Assembly: GCA_965202985.1 (NCBI GenBank)
Contig: CBDBCF010000001.1
Location: 288,001 to 352,000 of the forward strand
Length of the DNA: 64,000 bases
From: Longimicrobiales bacterium
Lineage (GTDB): Bacteria; Gemmatimonadota; Gemmatimonadetes; Longimicrobiales; Gaopeijiaceae
Direction: 5' to 3'
Part shown: piece by piece, positions 19,525 through 28,955 of the stretch
Layout of the letters: every line of letters starts with the position of its first letter
Numbering within the stretch: position 1 is the stretch's first letter
Made by a program: the position numbers and the translations under genes
Notes under the pieces: model-generated
Databases searched by the model: none
Told to the model about the DNA's origin: nothing
What the model saw: only the letters and a program-made list of their open reading frames with translations

Positions 19525-19528
<4 letters not shown>

Positions 19529-21261
19529 TTCGGTTCGCTTCTAGGCGGGGAGTTCTGCGGCCAGTAGTCGTCCTTCCGGTCGGGCACGCTGTATTCGTAG
19601 GGGCCTCGGTACACGACCGGCATCTCGTCGGGACGCCAGTTGCCGTGGGGCGGCGGCGACTCGGTGGTCCACTCCAGCGAGTTGGCCTTCCAGGGGTTGC
19701 GGGACGCCTTCCGGCCTCGTCGCCACGACTTCCAGCAGTTGTAGAAGAACACGAACTGGAACGCCAGCATGACCAGCAGCGCAATCGTGGCGATCTCGCG
19801 CATGTTCTGGAACTCGGGGATGCCCAGCTCGGGGAAGTTCGTGTAGTCGTAGATGCGTCGGTGCTGTCCCCCCATTCCCAGCACGAACAAGGGAATGAAG
19901 ATCAAGTTGAACGGGATGATCGTGCCCCAGAAGTGCCACTTGCCCAGGCGGTCGTCCATCATCTTGCCGAACATCTTGGGGAACCAGTAGGTGAACGCCG
20001 CGAAGGTCCCGATGATGGCGATGGGGAAGAACGTGTAGTGGAAGTGGGCCAGGACGAAGTAGGTGTCGTGGAAGTAGATGTCGGCGCCGGCCGCGCCCAG
20101 GAAGATTCCCGTCACGCCGCCGATCAGGAATTCGGCGACGAACGCCAGCGCCCAGAGCATCGGCGTGTTCAGCGTGATGGAGCCGCCGTACAAGGTGGCG
20201 ATGTAGACGAAGCACAGCTCGGCGATCGGCACCGAAATGAGCAGCGTGGTGATCGTGAACAGGTTGGCCATCCGGGGGTCGATCCCGGCAATGAACTGGT
20301 GGTGCGCCCAGACGAAGAAGCTGAGGACGCCGGTGGCCACCACCGTGAAGATGACCGTGCGGTAGGCGAACAGCTTCTTGCGCGCGAAGGTGGTCATGAT
20401 CTCGGCGACCACGCCCATCGCCGGCAGCAGCACCACGTACACCTCCGGGTGCCCGAAGAACCAGAACAGGTGCTGCCATAGGATCGGGTCGCCCCCGGTG
20501 GCCGGGTTGAAGAACCCCGTGCCCAGCGTCTGGTCGAAGAGCAGCATGACGGCGCCGGCCAGCAGCGGCCCCACCGACAGCATGAACAAGATGCTGGCGA
20601 TCACGATCATCCACACGACCACGGGCACGTCGAACGCCCGCATCCCCGGCGCGCGCGAGTTCATGAGCGTGGTGATGAAGTTGATCCCGCCCAGCAGGAA
20701 GGCCACGAACTCCAAGCCGACCCCGATCAGCCACAGCGTGCTTCCCAACGGCGTCAGGTTGTACGCTCCGTCTGCGGAGAGCGGCGGATAGGCCGTCCAA
20801 GCGCCCGCGAAGCCGCCGCCCTCCACGACCAGCGACGCCAAGATGACGATGGTGCTGACGAAGAACACCTGGAACGACAAGCGGTTGATCTTGGGGAACA
20901 CCATGTCGTCCGCCCCGACCATGAGCGGAATCAAGTAGTTCCCGAAGGCGGCCAGCAACACGGGCATCGCCACCCAGAAGATCATGATCGTGCCGTGGTT
21001 CGTGACCAGCGCGTTGTACTCGCCGGGCGACACCATGCCGAAGCCGGGCACCTCGATGCCCGGGAAGGCCAGCTGCATGCGGAAGACGTACGCCATGAAG
21101 CCGCCCACCAGCGCCATGAACATGCCCGTGAACATGTACTGCATGGCGATGACCTTGTGGTCGGTGGACCACACGTACTTCAGCCATCCCTGGGGACCGT
21201 GGTGGGCGTGTTCCTCGTCGCGGTCAGGCTCGTGGACCGGAGCGAGTGCGGGCTCGGCCAT
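19525..21261 (-). CDS. ctaD: A-family cytochrome c oxidase subunit I
   Basis: STDHK, HGTIM, WFFGHPEVY, WAHH, HDTYFVLAHFHY, RR pair. Confidence 0.97.
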
Positions 21262-21963
21262 CTATGCGTCTCCTAGCGTGCGGGGCGTGTTCGCCGCGAT
21301 CCAGGCCGCGTGCGCTTCCGGGTCCTCCACCGTCACCTCCGCCAGCATGACGCCGTGCCCAAAGCCGCAGATCTCCGCACACTGGACCTCGAAGGTGCCC
21401 GTTGCGGTCGGCTGGAACCAGCCCGTGATGCTGCGCCCCGGAATGGCGTCCTGCTTGATCCGCCACGCCGGAACCGAAAAGCTGTGCAGCACGTCGGTGG
21501 CCTCGAGCTTGAAGTGGTAGACCTTGCCGTTCTCGACGTGCAGGTCGTCCACCGTGAAGATGTCGTCGGGCGTGTCCAGTTCGTTGTCGGCGCCGGGGTG
21601 CTGGAACGTCCAAGCCCACTGCTGGCCGACGATCCGGATCACGGCGTCCGGGTTCTCGGGCAAGTCCAGCTTGATTGCGTGCCACACCTGGAACGAAACG
21701 ACCACGATCGCCACGTCGCACACGAGGACCAGCAGGTGAGGGATCGTGATCCACCGCTTGTGGCGCTTGTTCTTGCCGTCGATGTACTCGGCCCGCCGAC
21801 CCGGCTTGGCCCGGAACCTCATGATGAAGTACAGGAACAAGGCTTCGGCGGCCAGGAACCACACGCCCACCACCACGAGCACAAGAAGGATGAGGAAGTC
21901 GATCTGGCCCGCGTAGGACGACGCGACCCGGATCAAGCCGTCGAAGAAGTGGGTTTCGTTCAT
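21262..21963 (-). CDS. ctaC: Cytochrome c oxidase subunit II (CuA)
   Basis: Two TM helices, GQQWAW, DVLHSF, CAEICGFGHGVM. Confidence 0.95.
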   Translation of the reverse strand: MNETHFFDGLIRVASSYAGQIDFLILLVLVVVGVWFLAAEALFLYFIMRFRAKPGRRAEYIDGKNKRHKRWITIPHLLVLVCDVAIVVVSFQVWHAIKLDLPENPDAVIRIVGQQWAWTFQHPGADNELDTPDDIFTVDDLHVENGKVYHFKLEATDVLHSFSVPAWRIKQDAIPGRSITGWFQPTATGTFEVQCAEICGFGHGVMLAEVTVEDPEAHAAWIAANTPRTLGDA

Positions 21964-21976
21964 GGCAGGGCGTCCC

Positions 21977-22171
21977 CTACAGCAAGGCGTAGACGACCGC
22001 GGCGGCAACGAACAAGACGACGCCGACCACGGTCACGTGGAACGTCTTCTTGGCGAACTGGATCGACTCGTTCTCGTCGTCCGGCGGGGGCGGCGGGAGC
22101 TTCGCCGCCAGCTCAGCGTGGGTGGGCGGACGGCTCTCGGCGGGCGCGTTCGGCGAAGGCGTGGATTCCAT
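21977..22171 (-). CDS. Small membrane protein (64 aa)
   Basis: Pro-rich N-terminus and a single C-terminal TM helix, in operon position. Confidence 0.6.
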   Translation of the reverse strand: MESTPSPNAPAESRPPTHAELAAKLPPPPPDDENESIQFAKKTFHVTVVGVVLFVAAAVVYALL

Positions 22172-22195
22172 GGTCGTCGGTCTGCGGCTCCGGGT

Positions 22196-23230
22196 TCAGC
22201 GGCTCAAGGCGTACACGTAGGCCGCCACTGCTCGGACTTGGTCGTCGGTGAGCGGCATGCCGGCACGGGGCTGCATCGTTCCCGGATGCTCCACGGGCTG
22301 CGGCACGCCGGTGATCACCAGCTGCACGATCGACTCGTACTCGCCGTCGACGTTCAGCCAGACGTCGTCGGTCAAGTCGGGCGCTAGAGGACCGCCGGCG
22401 CCGCCCTCCGTGTGGCAGGTGTAGCAAATCCCCACCCCGTGGAAGATCGACTGGCCCTCCTCGACCATGCCCACCGTGACGCCCTCCGGCAGGATCGCCG
22501 GGTCGACGCTGACCGGCGGCGGCCCTGTCGGCTGGGCCGCGGCCGTCTCGCGCTTCCGGGGCAGGCGCTGCATCGTCATGACGTAGGCGACCACGTCTTC
22601 GATCTGGGGGTCGGACATGCCGACCACCGGCGCCCGCATCGTGGCCCCGGCCGCGTCTCCCGGCGTGGCGCCCCGAATCCCCGCCCGGTACTTCTTGAGC
22701 GCGGAGGTCATGTACCAGTCGCTCAGATGAAGGAGCGACGGCGCGTTCAGGCTGCGCATCCCGCGTCCGTCTCGGCCGTGGCAGTTGGCGCACAGCAGCG
22801 CGTACTGCTCCTCGCCGGCCTCGGCGTCGCCGAACCCGGTGGCGGGCGGGTCGGCCAAGGGCAGGCTGGCCACGTAGGCGGCGATCGCGTCGATCTCGCC
22901 GTTGTTCGAGTCCAGCGCGCGGGACATTGGGCGCATCCGCAGCCCCTCGGCGTCCTGGTAGTGGTAGCCCCGGCGCCGCTCCTGGAACGCGGTCAGCTGG
23001 GCCTTGAGGTACCACTCCGAGGCTCCGGCGATGGCGGGCGCCGCCAAGTCGAGTCTGCCCGCGCCGTCCTTGCCGTGGCAGGGCGCGCAGGTGTCGAACA
23101 GCCCCGCGCCCCGTTCGAGCTGCGGGTCGGACTCGCCGCACGCCGTCAGGAGCAGCGGGGCGAAGGCAAGGCCGGCCAAGACGAGCGCCGACGGGGAACC
23201 GAGAGAAGGTCCTGGCAGGAACCGTGTCAT
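22196..23230 (-). CDS. Triheme c-type cytochrome lipoprotein (c4-like dyad + third domain)
   Basis: Lipobox LTAC; CAPCH, CANCH, CYTCH. Confidence 0.9.
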   Translation of the reverse strand: MTRFLPGPSLGSPSALVLAGLAFAPLLLTACGESDPQLERGAGLFDTCAPCHGKDGAGRLDLAAPAIAGASEWYLKAQLTAFQERRRGYHYQDAEGLRMRPMSRALDSNNGEIDAIAAYVASLPLADPPATGFGDAEAGEEQYALLCANCHGRDGRGMRSLNAPSLLHLSDWYMTSALKKYRAGIRGATPGDAAGATMRAPVVGMSDPQIEDVVAYVMTMQRLPRKRETAAAQPTGPPPVSVDPAILPEGVTVGMVEEGQSIFHGVGICYTCHTEGGAGGPLAPDLTDDVWLNVDGEYESIVQLVITGVPQPVEHPGTMQPRAGMPLTDDQVRAVAAYVYALSR

Positions 23231-23250
23231 GGTCGAAAGATAAGCCCCCG

Positions 23251-24255
23251 CTAGAAGATGTCCAAGTCCGCGGCGGAGGCCAGCGAGCCGTCGTAGCCGG
23301 CGGCGCGAATTTCGCGCACCAGGTCGTCGTCGCTGGCGCCCCAGTAGAGCTGGTGGTAGAGGACAAGCAGGCCGGGGCGCGCCCGGTTCGCCAGCGCCGC
23401 CAGCTCGACCGTCGAAGTGTGGGCTCGGGCGTGGTAGGCCTGCCATTCGGGCGGCCGTCGTCGGAAGGCCTCCGCCGAATAGACCTCGTGGACCAGCACG
23501 TCGCAGCCGGCGCAGGCTTCGACCAGCGACTCGCTGGGACGCGCGTCCCCGGACACGACCACCACCCGACCCCCGCCCTCGAAGCGGTAGCCCAGCGCGT
23601 GCGTCCAAGAGCCGTGAAGAACGGGGACGGCGGCGACGCTGACGTTGGCGTCCTCGTAGACCAGCCCGCCCGTCGTTTCCCGGACCGGTGCCCGGTAGGC
23701 GTCCGGGTTCGCGTCCCGAGGCTCCAACCCGGAGAGCCGCACCTGGATGTCCTCCTGCCACGCGGCCAGCACGTGCCCGACCATCGCCTCGGCGCCCGGC
23801 GGCCCCGCAATGCGGATCGGGTCGGGCCGGTCCAGGACCCACGGCGCCAGGATCAGGTCGGGCAGCCCCGTGGTGTGGTCGGAGTGCAGATGCGTAAGGA
23901 ACAGCCGGTTCAGCCGCTCCGGCGCCAACGCGGCGATGCCGTGGTCCCTGGCGGCCCGGGCGGCGCGGCGAACCACGCCCGGACCCGCGTCGACCAAGTA
24001 CGCCTTTCCGCCCGCCACGATCGCCACCGCCGGCCCGGATCGCTCGGGGTCGGCATTGGGCGTGCCCGTCCCAAGGATCACAACGCGCATGGCGGAATCG
24101 GGCAGCTGTTCGGCGCGCCCCGGCGTCGGCAAGGCGGCCGATGCAAGCGTCAGCGCCGCGGCCAGCGGCACAAGCAGACTCAAGGCGGCTCCTTTGGACG
24201 GGATCGGTGTGGTCGAGCGAGTGCGACCATACGGGGGATGCGCGGCCGCCGGCAA
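23251..24255 (-). CDS. Secreted MBL-fold metallohydrolase (RNase Z/arylsulfatase-like)
   Basis: ILGTGTP, LVDAGPG, THLHSDH, SGD, LVHE, AHTS; signal-like segment; start uncertain. Confidence 0.88.
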   Translation of the reverse strand: MPAAAHPPYGRTRSTTPIPSKGAALSLLVPLAAALTLASAALPTPGRAEQLPDSAMRVVILGTGTPNADPERSGPAVAIVAGGKAYLVDAGPGVVRRAARAARDHGIAALAPERLNRLFLTHLHSDHTTGLPDLILAPWVLDRPDPIRIAGPPGAEAMVGHVLAAWQEDIQVRLSGLEPRDANPDAYRAPVRETTGGLVYEDANVSVAAVPVLHGSWTHALGYRFEGGGRVVVVSGDARPSESLVEACAGCDVLVHEVYSAEAFRRRPPEWQAYHARAHTSTVELAALANRARPGLLVLYHQLYWGASDDDLVREIRAAGYDGSLASAADLDIF

Positions 24256-24373
24256 GAGTCATTCCGCCGCTCGCTTGCCCGCAACTGCGCTGCGACATAG
24301 GTTGCCCCCAATCATGCAAGTGCCCCGCCTGGGCGCTCGACACCTCGTCCCCTTTGGCACAGGAGAACGCCAC

Positions 24374-27300
24374 ATGACATCAGCACCAAGTTCGATACCT
24401 CACTCGCGGCTACGGAGGCGAACCCTGTCGGCGGCCGGGGCGGCCGGGCTCCTGGGCTTGGCGCTGGCGTTGTGGGCCGTGCCGGCGGGCGCCCAGAACA
24501 CGATCACGGGAACGGTGGTCGACGCGGCCAGCCAGCGTCCGTTGGCCGGCGCGCAGGTGGCAGTCGACGGGACCGACACCGGCACGCTGACCGACAACCG
24601 GGGCCGCTTCCTGATCCTGAACGCGCCCAGCGGGCCGGTCACGCTGCGCGTGGTCATGATCGGGTACCGGGAGGCCACGGCGACGGCCAGCGGCGACGAG
24701 GCCGTCGTCATTCAGCTGAGCGAGACGGCGATTTCGCTGGACGAGATCGTGGTCACGGGGGTGGTGGGCGAGCAGGCCGCCCGCGCCATCGGCAACACGA
24801 TCGGCCAAGTGGACGCCGCTCGGCTGGAAGAGGTGGCGCCCGCCATGGACGTGCAGCGCATGATCAGCGCCACCGTGCCCGGCGTGCGCGTGTCGATGAG
24901 CGGCGGCGAGGTCGGCACCGGCGGCACCACGCGCGTCCGGGGCATCGCCAGCCTGTCGCTGGGCGCCCAGCCGCTGGTGTACGTGGACGGCGTGCGCGTC
25001 AACGGCGACGAGACCAACGCCGCCTTCGGGAGCACCGGCTTCCGCAGCAACTCGCAGCCGTCGCGCCTGGGCGACTTCAACCCCGACGAGATCGAGAACA
25101 TCGAGATCATCAAGGGGCCGGCGGCGGCGACGCTGTACGGCACGGAGGCGTCCAACGGCGTCATCAACATCATCACGAAGCGGGGCCGGACGGGCGCGCC
25201 GCGCATCAACGTGACGATGAAGCAGGGCGCCAACTTCTACCCCGACGTGTACAACCTGTTCCCCGACGTCTGGTACCAGTGCAACGGCGTGTCCCAGACG
25301 GTGGACGTGGACGAGCGCCTGCGCTGCACGCCGGGAAGCGTCGCGTCGTTCAACGTCCTGGAGATCGACCGGGACGTGTACGGAAACGAGTGGTTCCAAA
25401 CGGGCCACGCGCACTCGTACGGCGCCGACGTGAGCGGCGGTTCCCAGCAGATCACGTACTTCGTGTCCGCCGACTGGGACCGGGACGAAGGCGTGGTCTC
25501 GTACAACTGGCGGAACCGCATGAGCGGGCGGGCCAACCTGACCTATGCGCCCAGCGACCAGCTCGAGCTCAACTTCAGCTTGGGCGCGATCCGCAGCAAG
25601 GCGCAGTCGGCCTCCGCGCAGCAGCCCTTGCCCACGGCGATCATCTGGGCCTGCCCGGCGCCGGGGTGCGAAGCCGGCGACACCAACGCCCCCAGTCGCA
25701 TCGACGGCCCCTACCGCGGGTACATCGCCTACCTGCCGGAAGCCTACGAGAACGAGATCGAAGGCTTCCAGGACGTGGACCGCACCACGTTCTCCTTGGA
25801 GGCCCGCCACGAGCCCTACGACTGGTTCAGCCACCGCGCAATCGTGGGCGGCGACTTCAGCGGCGTGAAGAACTCGGAGCTCTACCGGGCCACCGGCAAC
25901 ATCGGCCAGTTCACGCCGTGGGGTCGCAAGACCGTCATCAACCTGCAGGACAGCTACTTCTCGCTGGACTACCAGGCCAACGGCACGTGGGACGCGGGCG
26001 ACGCCTTGAGCCTGACCACGTCCGCCGGTGTCCAGTACTACAACCGGCAGCAGTCGTCCACGGAAGCGCACGGCGAGACCTTCCCCGTCGAGGCGCTGGA
26101 AACGGTTTCTTCCGGCGCCACCAAGCGCGCCGAAGAGGACTTCTTCGAGAACAAGACCTTCGGCGTGTTCGTGCAGGAGCAGCTGGCGTGGAACGACCGG
26201 CTGTTCCTGACCGGCGCCGTGCGGGGCGACGACAACAGCGCGTTCGGGAAGAACTTCGACTTCGTGGTGTACCCCAAGCTGTCGGCCGCCTACGTGATCA
26301 GCGACGAGGACTTCTTCGGCGACGGCGGCGGCTTCGTGAACACGCTGAAGCTCCGGGCCGCCTGGGGCGCCGCCGGGAAGCAGCCCGACGTGTTCGACGC
26401 GATCCAGACCTACGAGCCCACGGTCGGACCCGACGGGGCTTCGGTGCTGACGCCCGAGAACATCGGCAACCCGGACCTGAAGCCCGAGGTGGGCACCGAG
26501 ATCGAGGTCGGCTTCGACGCCGGCATCCTGGACGACGCCATGGCCATCGAGTTCACCTTGTACAGCCAGGTCACCACCGACGCCCTGGTCCGCGTGCCGG
26601 TCATTCCGTCGCTGGGCTTCCCCGGCGTGCAGTTCCGCAACATCGGCGAGGTCAGGAACCGGGGCGTGGAGCTGGCCGTCCACGGAACGGTGTACAGCTC
26701 GGACGACATCGGGGTCGATCTGGGCGGCACCTTCTCCGCCTTCAAGAACGAGGTGTCGGACTTGGGAGGCCAGCCGCCGATCACCCAGAGCTCGTCCAGC
26801 TTGAACCGGCAGTTCCACGTCGAGGGGTTCCCGCTGGGCTCCATGTTCTACAAGCGCGTGGTCAGCGCCGACCTGGACGCCTCCAGCGGCCGCAACGTGG
26901 CGGTGAACCTAATGTGCGAAGGCGGCGAGCTGGCCACTCCCGGCGAGAACTACTCGTGGGGCGGCGGCGCGCCCGTGCCCTGCGACCAAGCGCCCGAAGT
27001 GTACTGGGGTCAGCCGATCCCCAACCGCGAGGGCGGCGTGTACGCCAACGTGCGGATCGGCCAGAATCTGTCGCTGTACGCCTTGGTGGACTACGTGGGC
27101 GGGCACGCCCTCAGCCTGGGCGACGTGAGCGCCCAGCACCGCTTCTTCAACAACTCGAGGGCGATCTTGGAGCGCACGGACCCGATCCTGCTGGGCTACG
27201 AGGCTCTTGGGGCGCAGGGATTGGCCCAGTCGGGCGTGGTGGACGGCGACTTCGTCAAGCTGCGCACGGTGTCGGCCTCGTACACGCTGCCCGCTTCGCT

Positions 27301-27514
27301 GGCGACGGCGATGCGGGCCAGCCGCGTGGCGATCACGACTTCGGTGGAGAATCTGTGGACGATCTGGCAGAAGTCCACCGAGTCCTTCGGGCACCCCATC
27401 ATGGACATCGAGCGGGCGCGCCAGACCGCGGGCACGTTCGGGCTCAACGGATACGTGCAGGAAGGCTGGCCGCAGATGACCCGCTTCGTGTCCACCGTTC
27501 GGTTCACCTTCTGA
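24374..27514 (+). CDS. susC: SusC/RagA-like TonB-dependent receptor
   Basis: N-terminal carboxypeptidase-like domain, PLVYVDGV, IEIIKGPAAATLYGTEASNGVINIITK, NPDLKPE, C-terminal Phe. Confidence 0.93.
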   Translation: MTSAPSSIPHSRLRRRTLSAAGAAGLLGLALALWAVPAGAQNTITGTVVDAASQRPLAGAQVAVDGTDTGTLTDNRGRFLILNAPSGPVTLRVVMIGYREATATASGDEAVVIQLSETAISLDEIVVTGVVGEQAARAIGNTIGQVDAARLEEVAPAMDVQRMISATVPGVRVSMSGGEVGTGGTTRVRGIASLSLGAQPLVYVDGVRVNGDETNAAFGSTGFRSNSQPSRLGDFNPDEIENIEIIKGPAAATLYGTEASNGVINIITKRGRTGAPRINVTMKQGANFYPDVYNLFPDVWYQCNGVSQTVDVDERLRCTPGSVASFNVLEIDRDVYGNEWFQTGHAHSYGADVSGGSQQITYFVSADWDRDEGVVSYNWRNRMSGRANLTYAPSDQLELNFSLGAIRSKAQSASAQQPLPTAIIWACPAPGCEAGDTNAPSRIDGPYRGYIAYLPEAYENEIEGFQDVDRTTFSLEARHEPYDWFSHRAIVGGDFSGVKNSELYRATGNIGQFTPWGRKTVINLQDSYFSLDYQANGTWDAGDALSLTTSAGVQYYNRQQSSTEAHGETFPVEALETVSSGATKRAEEDFFENKTFGVFVQEQLAWNDRLFLTGAVRGDDNSAFGKNFDFVVYPKLSAAYVISDEDFFGDGGGFVNTLKLRAAWGAAGKQPDVFDAIQTYEPTVGPDGASVLTPENIGNPDLKPEVGTEIEVGFDAGILDDAMAIEFTLYSQVTTDALVRVPVIPSLGFPGVQFRNIGEVRNRGVELAVHGTVYSSDDIGVDLGGTFSAFKNEVSDLGGQPPITQSSSSLNRQFHVEGFPLGSMFYKRVVSADLDASSGRNVAVNLMCEGGELATPGENYSWGGGAPVPCDQAPEVYWGQPIPNREGGVYANVRIGQNLSLYALVDYVGGHALSLGDVSAQHRFFNNSRAILERTDPILLGYEALGAQGLAQSGVVDGDFVKLRTVSASYTLPASLATAMRASRVAITTSVENLWTIWQKSTESFGHPIMDIERARQTAGTFGLNGYVQEGWPQMTRFVSTVRFTF

Positions 27515-27533
27515 GCACGAGGAGAGAGAAGAC

Positions 27534-28865
27534 ATGTTGACAAGCAAGAGGCTTGTGCGTTCGGCACTGCTGGCCGTGGTTCTCGTCGTGCCGGCGGGAT
27601 GCGACCTGGACGAAATCCTGAGCGTGCGCGTGCCCGGCAAGGTTCTGGAAGAAGCGCTCGACAACGCCGGCTTGGCGGACGTGCTGGCCACGGGCGTCGT
27701 CGCCGAGGCGGAGTGCAGCTGGAACCAGTACGTGGCCGGGGCCTCGCACCACTCCGACGAATACATCCCCACTTCCGGCAACCTGACGATGAGGAACTGG
27801 GGCCAGCGCAAGATCTACGCAAGCGACGCCGGCTATTCGCAGGGCACGTGCGGCGGCTGGGGCTACCCCATGTACACGCCGCTTCACACGGCCCGTTTCC
27901 AAGCCGAAGACGTGGCCGAACGGCTTTCGGGCTTTTCCGCGGAAGACGTGCCCAACTTGGCGTCGTTGCAGGCGACCGTGGCCGTATGGGGCGCGTTTCC
28001 CTTGGTGGCCATGGGCGAAGGCTTCTGCAGGATGGCGATCAACGGCGGACCTGAAATGAGGCCCGCCGACGTGCAGGCGGAAGCCGAGAACCGGTTCACT
28101 TCGGCGATCTCCATGGCCCAGGCCGCCGGCGACGAGACGCTTGCGATGCAGGCCATCCTTGGCCGGGCGCGCGTTCGGCTGGCGAGCGGCAACCACAGCG
28201 GCGCCTTGACCGACGCGGCGCAGATCCCCGACGGCTTCAAGGTGGACGTGACCCGCGACGATTCGGAGTCCCGGCGCTACAACTACTACTTCGAGCGCCT
28301 GAACGCGCCCACCGGCTTTCGCGCCCACGGATCGGTCGCCGACGACTACCACGACCTGACGATCGCCGAAGACGGAATGCCCACCGAGGGCGACGGCGTC
28401 AAGGATGTCCGGGCCAACGTCAAGACCGACGGAACGCAGGCCGCGGACTTCGCCACCGTGCTGTACTACCACGACAAGTACAACTCGCGGACGGCCCCGT
28501 TGCCGCTGGTGCACTGGCACGAGGCACGCATCTACGAGGCGGAAGCCTTGGCGGCACAGGGCGACGTGGCCGGCGCGCTGGCCAAGATCAACGTCCTGCG
28601 CGAAGACGCGGACCTGCCCCTGGTGACGGCGGAGGTCGGGGCGGACGCAATCATGGACCTGGTCAAGGAAGAGAGGCGGCGGCAGCTGTTCGTGGTCGGC
28701 GGGCACCGGCTGCACGACATGCTGCGCTTCGGCATCCCGTTCCTGGGCGAACCGGGGTCGATTCACCCCAACGGCGTGGACCAGACGGGCGCCGAGTACG
28801 GCGATCTGACCTGCTTCCAGCTGCCCGAGGTGGAGATCAAGGGCAACGAGAACATCAGCGGCTGA
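27534..28865 (+). CDS. susD: SusD/RagB-like lipoprotein
   Basis: Lipobox PAGC, EARIYEAEA, ERRRQLF..GHRLHDMLRF; directly after susC. Confidence 0.88.
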   Translation: MLTSKRLVRSALLAVVLVVPAGCDLDEILSVRVPGKVLEEALDNAGLADVLATGVVAEAECSWNQYVAGASHHSDEYIPTSGNLTMRNWGQRKIYASDAGYSQGTCGGWGYPMYTPLHTARFQAEDVAERLSGFSAEDVPNLASLQATVAVWGAFPLVAMGEGFCRMAINGGPEMRPADVQAEAENRFTSAISMAQAAGDETLAMQAILGRARVRLASGNHSGALTDAAQIPDGFKVDVTRDDSESRRYNYYFERLNAPTGFRAHGSVADDYHDLTIAEDGMPTEGDGVKDVRANVKTDGTQAADFATVLYYHDKYNSRTAPLPLVHWHEARIYEAEALAAQGDVAGALAKINVLREDADLPLVTAEVGADAIMDLVKEERRRQLFVVGGHRLHDMLRFGIPFLGEPGSIHPNGVDQTGAEYGDLTCFQLPEVEIKGNENISG

Positions 28866-28886
28866 CCAAGCCGCCCTTACAAACAA

Positions 28887-28933
28887 CGAGCGGGGGCGGC
28901 GCTCCGCAGTAGCTGGGGCGCCGTCCCCGCTCG
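28887..28933. terminator. GC-rich hairpin between convergent genes, possible bidirectional terminator
   Basis: cgagcgggggcggcgc (28887-28902) pairs with gcgccgtccccgctcg (28918-28933) with one G-U pair. Confidence 0.65.
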
Positions 28934-28955
28934 CTCGTCGTGCTTAGGGGGCCGC